Source: Elusimicrobia bacterium GWA2_62_23 (GTDB lineage Bacteria; Elusimicrobiota; Elusimicrobia; Elusimicrobiales; UBA9959). From it: a stretch of DNA of 64,000 bases. The DNA lies in contig MGTV01000029.1 of assembly GCA_001799635.1 (NCBI GenBank), positions 65,309 to 129,308 on the forward strand, given 5' to 3'. The notes beneath the pieces were generated by a model. That model made no database searches. It was given only the letters and a program-made list of their open reading frames with translations, and had not been told where the DNA came from. Of the stretch, positions 47,189-55,500 are shown one piece after another; positions within the stretch are counted from its first letter, which is position 1; each line of letters begins with the position of its first letter. The position numbers and the translations under genes are program-made.

Positions 47189-47978
47189 CTTTTTTCTCCA
47201 GCAGTCTCTTGGCTTTCTGTTTGGCCACTTCGTTGGCCAGGCGGGTGTCGCCGTCCTTGAGTTCGGCGGAAAGTATCTCGTTGAGGAGCCGTTCGAACAG
47301 GTCGGCGTCCTGCGCGGCCACGGCCGCCATCTTGGCGTAAAGGTAGCGGCTCAGGTGGAAGTCGGCGCCGTGCCCTTTAAGGGCGAGCTCGAAATGTTCG
47401 GCCGCCTTTTCCGGGTTGCCGCCGAGCATGCGGGGGCGGATGGCGTAGTACGCGCCCATGATGTCGTGGGCCGCGTTGTAATAATAGCCCGGCTCCAGTT
47501 CCAGCAGCTTCAGCGCGGCCGGTTCCAGCGTGGGGATCTCGGCGATGGCTTCCGGCTTGTCGCGGTTGATGTTCATGTACAGCGCTTTGCAGAAAGTGTG
47601 CCAGAAAAGCGGGTGGGCGTCCTTCGCCTTCGCGGTGTCCGCGGAGGCGCCCTTCAGCGCGCGCCCGGCGTAAGCCTGGCCCTTCAGGTAGAAGAAGGAG
47701 GCGCGTTCGGGCTGGTCCTCCTCCAGGAACATGAAGGCGTAGCCGCAGAAGCCCTGCGCGGCGTTCACCAGCATGTCCTTATTGTCCGGGTCGCTCTTGA
47801 GCAGGATCTCCATGAGCTGGAGGTTGGCCGGCAGCGCTTCTTTGACGTACTGGGGGTCGGACTGGCTGAAAACGGCGGGCAGGCCGCGGTCTATCACGCC
47901 CGAGGTCACCCGGGCCGCGGTGCGGTTGAGCGAACAGGCGCCGAGCAGGAGAGGCAGGAGCAGCAGAAGTTTCTTCAT
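47175..47978 (-). CDS. TRAP-associated TPR lipoprotein (TatT-component family)
   Basis: 267 aa with the lipobox LLLGAC. It is helical and TPR-like (LMEILLKSDPDNKDMLVNAAQGFCGYAFMFLE), resembling T. pallidum TatT-type proteins. It overlaps the dctP start by 14 nt. Confidence 0.7.
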   Translation of the reverse strand: MKKLLLLLPLLLGACSLNRTAARVTSGVIDRGLPAVFSQSDPQYVKEALPANLQLMEILLKSDPDNKDMLVNAAQGFCGYAFMFLEEDQPERASFFYLKGQAYAGRALKGASADTAKAKDAHPLFWHTFCKALYMNINRDKPEAIAEIPTLEPAALKLLELEPGYYYNAAHDIMGAYYAIRPRMLGGNPEKAAEHFELALKGHGADFHLSRYLYAKMAAVAAQDADLFERLLNEILSAELKDGDTRLANEVAKQKAKRLLEKKDELF

Positions 47979-49534
47979 TTTCTCTTTTCCTTTACCAGCG
48001 CGGAGAAAGACTCCGCCGTGTCGGCGTGCTTCTTGAGGAAATCCTCGGCGGGCGTGGGGAAGCGGTAGGTCCAGTTATGGTCGCCGAGCGTGCCGGGGGT
48101 GTTCACCCGTTCCCTGGAGCCGAAGATGTCCTGGATGGGCAGGATGACTATGCGGGAATTAGCGGCCAGCAGCGCGCCCAGGGCCTTTTCCCTGGCCTTG
48201 GTGAAAGTGGGCGGCTTGCCGGTCTCGCCGGAGACCAGCTTCCAGAAGAGCTTTTTCTCGGCGTGGTCCACCGTGTCCCACCAGTCGGCCAGCGGCTCGT
48301 TGTCGTGGGTGGAGGAGGTGGCCAGCGAAACGGGGTGGTAGGCGCCGGGGTCGGTGTAGTCGCCGTCCTGGTCCTTCTCCCAGCGCATCACCTTGTAGCC
48401 GGGAACGTTGAGGTCCCGCAGCACTTCCCCGACATAAGGGGGGATCAGGCCCAGGTCCTCGGCCACGGGCAGCATGTGGCTGGCTCCGGAGATGGCCTGC
48501 AGGAAGCGGCGGCCGCGTTCCTTCTGGCCGTGCGGGTCCTTGATGTCGAAATCGGGCTTGAGCGCCACGTCGCGCGGTATGACCCAGGTGCGGAAGAAGC
48601 CCACCATGTGGTCGATGCGGAACAGGTCGTAGAATTCCGAGGCCTTCTTCACCTTCGAGCGCCACCAGTCGAAATTGTTGGCTTCCACGGCCGTCCAGTT
48701 GTAGGCGGGCAGGCCCCAGCGCTGGCCGGTCTCGCTGAAGGCGTCCGGCGGGGCGCCGATCTCGCTGTTCAGGTCGAACTCGCCCTGGCGGCTCCAGACG
48801 TCGGAGCTTTCCTGGTTCACCATGAACGGCAGGTCGCCGAGCAGGCTGATGCCTAGGGCGCCGGCGCGGCGCTTGGCGGCGGTCCACTGGCGGTGGATGG
48901 TCCACTGCAGGTACTTGAAGAAAAGGATCTGCAGTTCCTCGCGGCCGTGCAGCTCCCGGAGGGCCTGCGGGTCGCGGGCCCGCAGCGGCGCTTCCCAGTG
49001 CGTCCAGGAGGTCCAGTCGTGGGTGTCCTTCAGGCGGCGGAAGGCGGCGTAATCCTCCAGCCAGCCGCCGTTGGCGCGGCAGAAGGCGCGGAACTCGCCG
49101 GCGAGCGCCGTGTCCTTGAGGATGTGGCGCTGGTGGAAAGCGGTGTAGATCTTCCAGAGGGTGCTGAACTTCAGGTGGCGCACCTCGTCGTACATCACGG
49201 CTTTGGCTATGCGCAGGTGCTTGAGCCCGGCCTGGAAGCGGCGGGACGCTATCTCTTCCAGCACTTCCGGGAACTCCTTCAGTTCCGGGATGTCCTCCAC
49301 GGCGATGTAGAGCGGGTCCAGCGCGAAGGCGGAAAGCGCCGTGTAGGGGCAGGAGACGCCGGGCGGCATCTCGTTGATGGGCAGCACCTGCAGCAGGTCC
49401 AGGTTCATGGCCTTCATGGCGTCGAACCAGAGCGCCATGGCGCTGGTGTCGCCTATGCCCCAGTCTTTCCTGGAGCGCATGGCGAACAGCGGGAAAAGGG
49501 TGCCGGTGTGTTTTCTTTCGAGTAACGGGTGCAT
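47975..49534 (-). CDS. malQ: 4-alpha-glucanotransferase (GH77 amylomaltase)
   Basis: MHPLLERKHTGTLFPLFAMRSRKDWGIGD is a typical GH77 N-terminus, and IDHMVGFFR and HDNEP are present. The preferred start at 49534 avoids overlap with RidA. The track start is 49567. Confidence 0.9.
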   Translation of the reverse strand: MHPLLERKHTGTLFPLFAMRSRKDWGIGDTSAMALWFDAMKAMNLDLLQVLPINEMPPGVSCPYTALSAFALDPLYIAVEDIPELKEFPEVLEEIASRRFQAGLKHLRIAKAVMYDEVRHLKFSTLWKIYTAFHQRHILKDTALAGEFRAFCRANGGWLEDYAAFRRLKDTHDWTSWTHWEAPLRARDPQALRELHGREELQILFFKYLQWTIHRQWTAAKRRAGALGISLLGDLPFMVNQESSDVWSRQGEFDLNSEIGAPPDAFSETGQRWGLPAYNWTAVEANNFDWWRSKVKKASEFYDLFRIDHMVGFFRTWVIPRDVALKPDFDIKDPHGQKERGRRFLQAISGASHMLPVAEDLGLIPPYVGEVLRDLNVPGYKVMRWEKDQDGDYTDPGAYHPVSLATSSTHDNEPLADWWDTVDHAEKKLFWKLVSGETGKPPTFTKAREKALGALLAANSRIVILPIQDIFGSRERVNTPGTLGDHNWTYRFPTPAEDFLKKHADTAESFSALVKEKRK

Positions 49535-49538
49535 GTGG

Positions 49539-49916
49539 TTAGCGCGCGGCCACGGCCTCAATTTCAACCAGCGCCGCCTTGGGGAGGGCTTTCACCTCGA
49601 TGGTGGCGCGGGCGGGGGGATTGGCCGGGAAGAAGCTGCCGTAAACCTCGTTCATCTGGCCGAACTGGCCGAGGTCGGTCATGAAGACGGTAGTTTTCAG
49701 GACGTTGGCGAGGGTGAGGCCTTCCGAGACCAGGATGGCTTGCAGGTTCTTGAGCACCGCCTCGGTCTGGGCCCGGATGTCCGCCGGGGCCATGGCGGCG
49801 GTGGCGGGGTCCACGGGCAGTTGCCCGGAGATGAAGATAAGGCCGTTAGCTTCCGTCGCCTGAGAATAAGGGCCTATGGCCGCGGGGGCGTTCTTGGTGG
49901 AGATGATCTTTTTCAT
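49539..49916 (-). CDS. ridA: RidA/YjgF-family reactive intermediate deaminase
   Basis: Starts at the internal ATG (49916-49914). It is 125 aa: MKKIISTKNAPAAIGPYSQA...GQLP...ARATIEV. Confidence 0.9.
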   Translation of the reverse strand: MKKIISTKNAPAAIGPYSQATEANGLIFISGQLPVDPATAAMAPADIRAQTEAVLKNLQAILVSEGLTLANVLKTTVFMTDLGQFGQMNEVYGSFFPANPPARATIEVKALPKAALVEIEAVAAR

Positions 49917-49918
49917 GT

Positions 49919-50116
49919 TCAGTTCCTTTTGGAGGTGCGTATGAAATTTTCTATGGACCTGTCGTAGGTGCGCTCCGCTTCGGGTGTAAAATAGCAGCCC
50001 GGCAGTTCGCCGTTCTCCCTGTGGTAGGCCACGCAGTCGCAGCAGACGCCCTTGCGGGAGCAGGGTTCGTAGGTGCAGGCGCAACTCGCCTTGTTCGAAT
50101 TCTTTTTACAATCCAT
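49919..50116 (-). CDS. Small cysteine-rich protein (8 Cys in 65 aa), uncharacterised family
   Basis: [44 protein letters not shown] recall similar conserved small DUF-type proteins. It ends 2 nt upstream of the ridA start. Confidence 0.6.
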   Translation of the reverse strand: MDCKKNSNKASCACTYEPCSRKGVCCDCVAYHRENGELPGCYFTPEAERTYDRSIENFIRTSKRN

Positions 50117-50222
50117 GGGAGCGGCTTCTTTCTTCCCATATTTTACTATATTGAGCTTCCCCCGCGGTCCCGTTCGGGGCTTAACATCCGGCGGCCTATC
50201 TTGCTATTATCGTCTTTACCGT

Positions 50223-51449
50223 ATGAAGACACTTTTCCCGGTGCTTTTATCCGCGTTCGCAGCCGCGTACTACCTGCTTGGTCCTGGGCGTTCTACCGGC
50301 CGTATGCCCGGGGCCGGGGTCCTCACGGCCTTTCCCAGTCCGTTGGGGGGCAATGTCTGCGCCGCTTATTCCATTTTTAAGGACGAGGCAGGAGGCCTGC
50401 TGGTGGCCGGAGTGGCTTCGGACAAGCGCGAAACTTTTCATTCCTGTGTCTGGCGCCTCGGGGCTTCGGGGGCTCCTGATCCCGGTTTCGGGGCCGGGGG
50501 CCAGGTTTGTTCCTCCGGCGAGGAGTGGGCCTGGGCCGCGGTTCCAGGCGCGGATGGGCGATTTTATTCTGCTGGGATAAACGGCCGCGACTGGAAGCGG
50601 TCCAGGAGCGCCTTCTTAAGATGCTATACCCGTGAGGGCCTGCCTTGCCCCGGTTTCGGAGAGGAGGGACTGGTTTTACTGCACCCGCCGCGCCGTGGCT
50701 ACGCCGCGGTTTTCGCCGCGGCCTTTACGGGTTCCTCTGTCTTCGCGGCCGGAGCGGTAACCGACTCCGGCGGAGTTACCCGCCCCGGGATCTGGGAGGT
50801 GGACCTTTCCGGCAAGCCTTCCTCGAAATTCCTTAAAGGCGGTTTTTTCTCTCCGGAGACTCCGCCCGGGTCCAGGGATTCCCGTATAAACGCGCTGGCC
50901 GCGGGCCCCGGCTTCCTGCTGGCCGGCGGCAACCTTGACTGGCGCGAGGCGGCGCATTGGAAGTTCCTGCCCGGGGGGCCGGGAGGGGAACTCGTACGCG
51001 GTCCGGCGGGAACCATACGAACCCTTTATGTAAGGGGAAAAGATATTTTCGCGGGGGGCTTCAGGTACGGGGACCCGGCGAAAGGGCACGCCGAGACGGG
51101 CATCATTTTCAGATTGCCGGGGCACGAAGTGACCGAGCTGGATTCGCTGGAGAACCAGGAGCTCTTCTCCGTTACCGGCGCGGCCGGCGGCCTCTTTGCC
51201 GCTGGGTACGCGGACGAAGGGGGGGCGGTCAAGGCGGCGGTCTGGGGGATATCCGCCGGAGGAAAGCTCCGTTCCGGCTTCGGCCGGGGAGGAGTAAAGG
51301 TTTTCCCGGACGAACTTGGCGGCAGGGAGAGCCGGATATACTCGCTGACGCCTTACGGCGGCGGATTGGCGGCGGCCGGTTTCTCGCGGCGCGCGGACGG
51401 CGTAATGACGCTGGCCGTGTGGAAGCTGCAGGCCCTCTCCGGACGTTAA
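50223..51449 (+). CDS. Secreted repeat protein (delta-60-repeat / beta-propeller-like)
   Basis: Starts at MKTLFPVLLSAFAAAYYLLG (signal-like). D/P-x-FG-x-GG motifs recur about every 60 aa (DPGFGAGGQV, CPGFGEEGLV, RSGFGRGGVKV), each followed by AAG/AGG strands. Confidence 0.6.
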   Translation: MKTLFPVLLSAFAAAYYLLGPGRSTGRMPGAGVLTAFPSPLGGNVCAAYSIFKDEAGGLLVAGVASDKRETFHSCVWRLGASGAPDPGFGAGGQVCSSGEEWAWAAVPGADGRFYSAGINGRDWKRSRSAFLRCYTREGLPCPGFGEEGLVLLHPPRRGYAAVFAAAFTGSSVFAAGAVTDSGGVTRPGIWEVDLSGKPSSKFLKGGFFSPETPPGSRDSRINALAAGPGFLLAGGNLDWREAAHWKFLPGGPGGELVRGPAGTIRTLYVRGKDIFAGGFRYGDPAKGHAETGIIFRLPGHEVTELDSLENQELFSVTGAAGGLFAAGYADEGGAVKAAVWGISAGGKLRSGFGRGGVKVFPDELGGRESRIYSLTPYGGGLAAAGFSRRADGVMTLAVWKLQALSGR

Positions 51450-51554
51450 TACCCGGTCCAGGGCCGACCGTCGGTTCCGCAGAGCCTCTCGCGGACCACG
51501 TCTCCGCCTCCCAAAAAGGCGGCAGACCCTGCCGAGCCGGGTTTGCGGGCGGTC

Positions 51555-52445
51555 CTATTTCCGGTTTGCAACTGTCCGCGGAAGGACGCCGAAAATATCG
51601 GCCCGGACATAATAGATCTCCGATCCCTGCCTGTCGGCGCCCGGCTCCTCGTATACGCAGGCCAGTTCCACGGCTTTTTCCAAATGCTGGACGTACAGTT
51701 TCAGACCGCTCTTCGTCAGGCGGATGGGCAGCGCTTTAGTCTCGATGGGCCTGGCGCCGGCCAGCAAGGCGTCCCATAACTGCCGGAGCTTGCCGGCCAC
51801 CTGGGCCCCTTCCGGGGTTCCCGGAGCAACCTTTATCACCTTGTCCGTGAACAGGCTGCGCGCTTTGTCGCCGGAAAACTCTATCAAGCCCGCCGAGGCC
51901 AGCGCGGCCAGCGATTTTTTTATCTCTCCGGGTTTAAGCCGGGTCGCCTGAGCGAGTTCCCGTACCGGCACCCAGCCCTCGGTGTTGGTCAGATAGACCT
52001 GGCAGATATGCGTGGCGGCGTCACGGACGCGTGTTTTCCATTGGGCCAGCGTCAGGTTGACGGTGCGCCGGGAGAGCGCCTGTTGCGTGGCCGCTTCGGC
52101 CAGCTCCCGGCTGGTGAGGTCCGCGCGGACCGGGTCAGGAGCTGCCAGCAGGCTGACCAGTTCATCGGAACCGGAGAGCGCCCTGAAATATGCCTTTACC
52201 AGTTCCCTGGCCTCGGGCGAGTCCGGCTTGACGCCCAGAGCCGCCAGAATGGCCTTCAGGCGCCAGCTCTTAGGCAGCTTCTTGCCGCGTTCCATATCCC
52301 AGTAGCTCATGAAGGCCAGCCCCAGGGTCTTGCTGCCGCCTACGCTCTTGAAGAACCTGTGCGCGCTGGGGTAGCCTTGCTCCAGCCGGAGCCGGGCCAG
52401 TACGCCGCCGAATGTTTTAGCCGTTGTCATAGTGCCAGTATACAA
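51555..52445 (-). CDS. Putative HTH transcriptional regulator (XRE-like N-terminus; resembles TIGR02147/DUF4423-type proteins)
   Basis: 296 aa. The FGGVLARLRLEQGYPSAHRFFKSVGG...MERGKKLPK pattern fits an HTH. It is divergent from the secreted-protein cluster. The family assignment is from memory only. Confidence 0.5.
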   Translation of the reverse strand: MYTGTMTTAKTFGGVLARLRLEQGYPSAHRFFKSVGGSKTLGLAFMSYWDMERGKKLPKSWRLKAILAALGVKPDSPEARELVKAYFRALSGSDELVSLLAAPDPVRADLTSRELAEAATQQALSRRTVNLTLAQWKTRVRDAATHICQVYLTNTEGWVPVRELAQATRLKPGEIKKSLAALASAGLIEFSGDKARSLFTDKVIKVAPGTPEGAQVAGKLRQLWDALLAGARPIETKALPIRLTKSGLKLYVQHLEKAVELACVYEEPGADRQGSEIYYVRADIFGVLPRTVANRK

Positions 52446-52719
52446 TATTAATTAAGCCGCCGGCTTAACCCAGGTCCTTTTTGCTCAGCCGTCCCTCCTG
52501 GGTCAAAATACAACCGCCCGGTGAGTACAAGGCCTCTTGGGGAAAACCGCCGCTCAGGCTAAACTATAGTATCGCAATAAACTTCGCGGCAGACGCGCGG
52601 GGCGCGGCAGAAGTCAAAGCCCGCGAACTGCTGAGATGAGGAGAGCAGGAAGTGTGTTGGTACGGCCCCCGGCCATATGAGCCGATGCGGCCGATCTAAA
52701 AATAAAGAGGTTCAAGAAT

Positions 52720-53232
52720 ATGAATAGAATTATCGGTTTGTTTTTCATTCTGGCTCTGGTTTGTCCGGCCGCAGCCGGCGCCGCGGCCCCGGAGCTTAAC
52801 ATGCACCGTGCCGCCGACATCAAGGGATGGGACCTCAAAACGCCGGTGGTCCCGGCGCCGATACCCGCTTTCAAGGGTTATGAGCTTGCCTGCGCCGGGG
52901 GGAAGCTGCAGGTCCTGCCGAAGGACGCTTCCCGGTTCAACGTGCTGGTGAACGACGCCGCCATGACCTCCGCGCTGCGCGCGGCCGCGGCCAAGCTGTT
53001 CCAGGGAGAGCAGTATCTTAAGAATACTAGGATATTAACATCCTCCTCTTTCATGGTGACGGACCTGCTTAAGCAGGGCGGCCTTTACGACGGCGGGCAG
53101 TTCGCCCCCAAGCTGCAGCTCCTGGGCGGCGGCCGGGCGCGTCTGACCCTTACCTACTTCCGCATGGCCAACAGCCAGTCTTACGAATTCCGGGAGGTCA
53201 TCTCTTTCGACTTTTCCGGCTGCAGTAAGTGA
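52720..53232 (+). CDS. Hypothetical secreted protein
   Basis: 170 aa with a signal peptide (MNRIIGLFFILALVCPAAAGAAA). I recognise no domain. Confidence 0.55.
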   Translation: MNRIIGLFFILALVCPAAAGAAAPELNMHRAADIKGWDLKTPVVPAPIPAFKGYELACAGGKLQVLPKDASRFNVLVNDAAMTSALRAAAAKLFQGEQYLKNTRILTSSSFMVTDLLKQGGLYDGGQFAPKLQLLGGGRARLTLTYFRMANSQSYEFREVISFDFSGCSK

Positions 53233-53316
53233 GCATGCGTCGCGCTTCTTGCAAGGACGGGGTACTTCTCTGGACTGACAGCCTGGGCGGCGAGCATCTT
53301 AAATAGGTGAGAGACT

Positions 53317-53838
53317 ATGAGGAAAATGTTAATACTGGGAGTTCTCCTTATTGCGCTGCCCGCGGCGGTGCTCCAGGCCAGGGCGGAAGTCGGAGCGGAT
53401 ACGGAGGCGGTGGGGGCTTCCCTCGCCGCGGTCAATCGCGCTGAGCTGCTGGATGAACTTGCCGCGATGGCCGGATCATTCGAAGGGTCCGCGGAGGGTG
53501 ATGCCGTAGGCGCGGAAACCCGTATGGCGGAACTGTACTCCGGCTCCGGGGCCGCCGGGAGCGCAGTGCCCGGAGTTGCGGCGCGAGCTCTGTCGCCGCT
53601 GCCGGAGAGCCGGGCCGCTGGAACGATGCGGGACAGCAAATCTGAGCGGGCCGCTCTCGCGGATCTCCCGAATAATGAGTCCGGCGGGGGAATAGCGACG
53701 GGTGAAGCCCTTGAGACCCCGGATTCCGTGGATCCCGGCGCAGGTGATGACGGGCAGGCGTCGCCGCAGGTGGGGGATGCTCAGGGAGGGCATGTGATCT
53801 TGTTGGTGCTGTTCTTGGTGCTTTTAGTCTTGCTCTAA
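53317..53838 (+). CDS. Hypothetical protein: signal peptide, acidic disordered region and C-terminal hydrophobic tail
   Basis: 173 aa beginning MRKMLILGVLLIALPAAVLQARA. It is Ala/Gly/Glu/Asp-rich and ends in HVILLVLFLVLLVLL. Confidence 0.5.
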   Translation: MRKMLILGVLLIALPAAVLQARAEVGADTEAVGASLAAVNRAELLDELAAMAGSFEGSAEGDAVGAETRMAELYSGSGAAGSAVPGVAARALSPLPESRAAGTMRDSKSERAALADLPNNESGGGIATGEALETPDSVDPGAGDDGQASPQVGDAQGGHVILLVLFLVLLVLL

Positions 53839-53907
53839 CCGTAATAGCGGTGCGTGTCTGGTAGGCAGTTAGTGCGGAGGTTGATAATCGGAGGTTTAAA
53901 TAAAATT

Positions 53908-54759
53908 ATGAACAAAACGTTAACGGCGATCGTACTGGCCCTTGTTCCCGCAGTGCTCGCGGCCGGGCCGGCTAGCGGCGGGGCTGCGGCCGAGCAATTG
54001 GGGGTCTCGCAAAACGCCCACGGCGCGGAGGCCGTTGGGCCTAAGGGAATGATAGTTTCTTACGGTTATTCCAGCGACTGCAAGATGGTCTACTTCGGCA
54101 GCGAGGGTTCCGGTTCCGGTCAGTCCTCTGGGGTATTGAGACTCGAAAGCGTCTATAAGGAAAAGGACTGTCCCAGCGGCGGGGACCTGCTTAATTGCCA
54201 GGAGCTTGAGGGGCAGCGGTTGCGTGCGGATGTGGAGGTGCGTATGGCGCCTCGCGAGCTTTACCCTTGGGAAAGTGAAAGCGTGGACGTCTGTCTGCAG
54301 GGTAAAGAGCTTATGGTGAAGCCCTGGAACGTATCCTATGAATATACCGTTTCCAAGACCAACGAGAACTGGCTGGCGGTCTACACTTTCTCCCCGACGG
54401 CTCGCAAGGCCTCGCATCCTGACCCTAAGGGGCTCACGTCCGAAGGGTACCATAAGACCGGAGCCGGCTATTCCGCGGTCTTTAAGGATAAGTGGGGCAG
54501 AGAGTATTCGGGTGAGAAAGTAGAAGTGCAGGTGCAGCTGTGGAGAAAGGGTTCCCTTCTGCGGCCGGCCAAAATGGTGGGGCGTGTGGGGGCGAAATTC
54601 GAAGCCGCCGGGGAATACCAGCTGGATTTTACTTCGGCGGATATCTCGGGCGCCCCTGACGCTAAGGGGTACTATCTCTCCTGGGGCTTCCGCCGCCTGG
54701 GGGGCATATCCCTGCCCGTTCTCGTTCAGGCGCGGGATGCTCTGAGCCCGCTGAATTGA
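53908..54759 (+). CDS. Hypothetical secreted protein (4 Cys)
   Basis: Preferred start is MNKTLTAIVLALVPAVLAAGPASG at 53908 (the track start is 53854). I recognise no domain. Confidence 0.55.
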   Translation: MNKTLTAIVLALVPAVLAAGPASGGAAAEQLGVSQNAHGAEAVGPKGMIVSYGYSSDCKMVYFGSEGSGSGQSSGVLRLESVYKEKDCPSGGDLLNCQELEGQRLRADVEVRMAPRELYPWESESVDVCLQGKELMVKPWNVSYEYTVSKTNENWLAVYTFSPTARKASHPDPKGLTSEGYHKTGAGYSAVFKDKWGREYSGEKVEVQVQLWRKGSLLRPAKMVGRVGAKFEAAGEYQLDFTSADISGAPDAKGYYLSWGFRRLGGISLPVLVQARDALSPLN

Positions 54760-54851
54760 CCTGTATCTCCGGTATTTGCCCATTGCGGATCGGGCGGGTT
54801 ATTTAGTGTTCAGGTGGGTGTTTAATCTGGAAAGATATCAGGGAGGTCTTG

Positions 54852-55436
54852 ATGACATCTCGAAGTTGGAGAACATACTCGGTCATGCTGTTCATGTTGC
54901 TTGCTGCGGCGCCCTCGGGCGCATTTGCGGCTGAAAACGAGAAGGTCCGCGAAATGCCGCTGAAGTTCGACCGTTATGAACTGTCGGTGCTCTACGATGC
55001 CACTGGGTATTTCACGCTCAGCGTGTTTGAAAAGTCCGCTGACGGCGCCGAAAAAGAGACCGTCTACGGACTACGCCGGGCTGCTATGTACCTGCCGCCT
55101 GGCTATAAGTCCGGGGAATGGATGCTCTTCTGGGGTGAGCAGCCTCCTGTTTACGAGGGGGGAGGTTTCAGCGCGGTTTCCAAGGATCCCTGGCTTGTCA
55201 GCTCCGCCGGCGGAGCCTGGCGCGTGGCCCGAGTCCCGCACACTTCGGGCAAGAACGGAATCTACACTCTGCTTCGGGTGCAGCCCGGCAGGGACGGCTC
55301 ACCCGAATTAGTCTATCTGAACGGGGACGGCGAGGAGGACGTTAATTCTCCCGACGGCTGGGCCGCGGACTCCAAACTTGTCCTGAACCCTGAGAAACCG
55401 GTACGTGTAAGACGGGTGAAATTTGTGGTCCGCTGA
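54852..55436 (+). CDS. Hypothetical secreted protein
   Basis: The ATG at 54852 lies 5 nt after a GGGAGG SD (54841-54846). The signal peptide is SVMLFMLLAAAPSGAFA. I recognise no domain. Confidence 0.55.
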   Translation: MTSRSWRTYSVMLFMLLAAAPSGAFAAENEKVREMPLKFDRYELSVLYDATGYFTLSVFEKSADGAEKETVYGLRRAAMYLPPGYKSGEWMLFWGEQPPVYEGGGFSAVSKDPWLVSSAGGAWRVARVPHTSGKNGIYTLLRVQPGRDGSPELVYLNGDGEEDVNSPDGWAADSKLVLNPEKPVRVRRVKFVVR

Positions 55437-55500
55437 ATCGTGCAGGCGGGGGTTCCGGGGGTACTTGCCCGCTTCCCCGCATATTATCAATAATCTAGTT

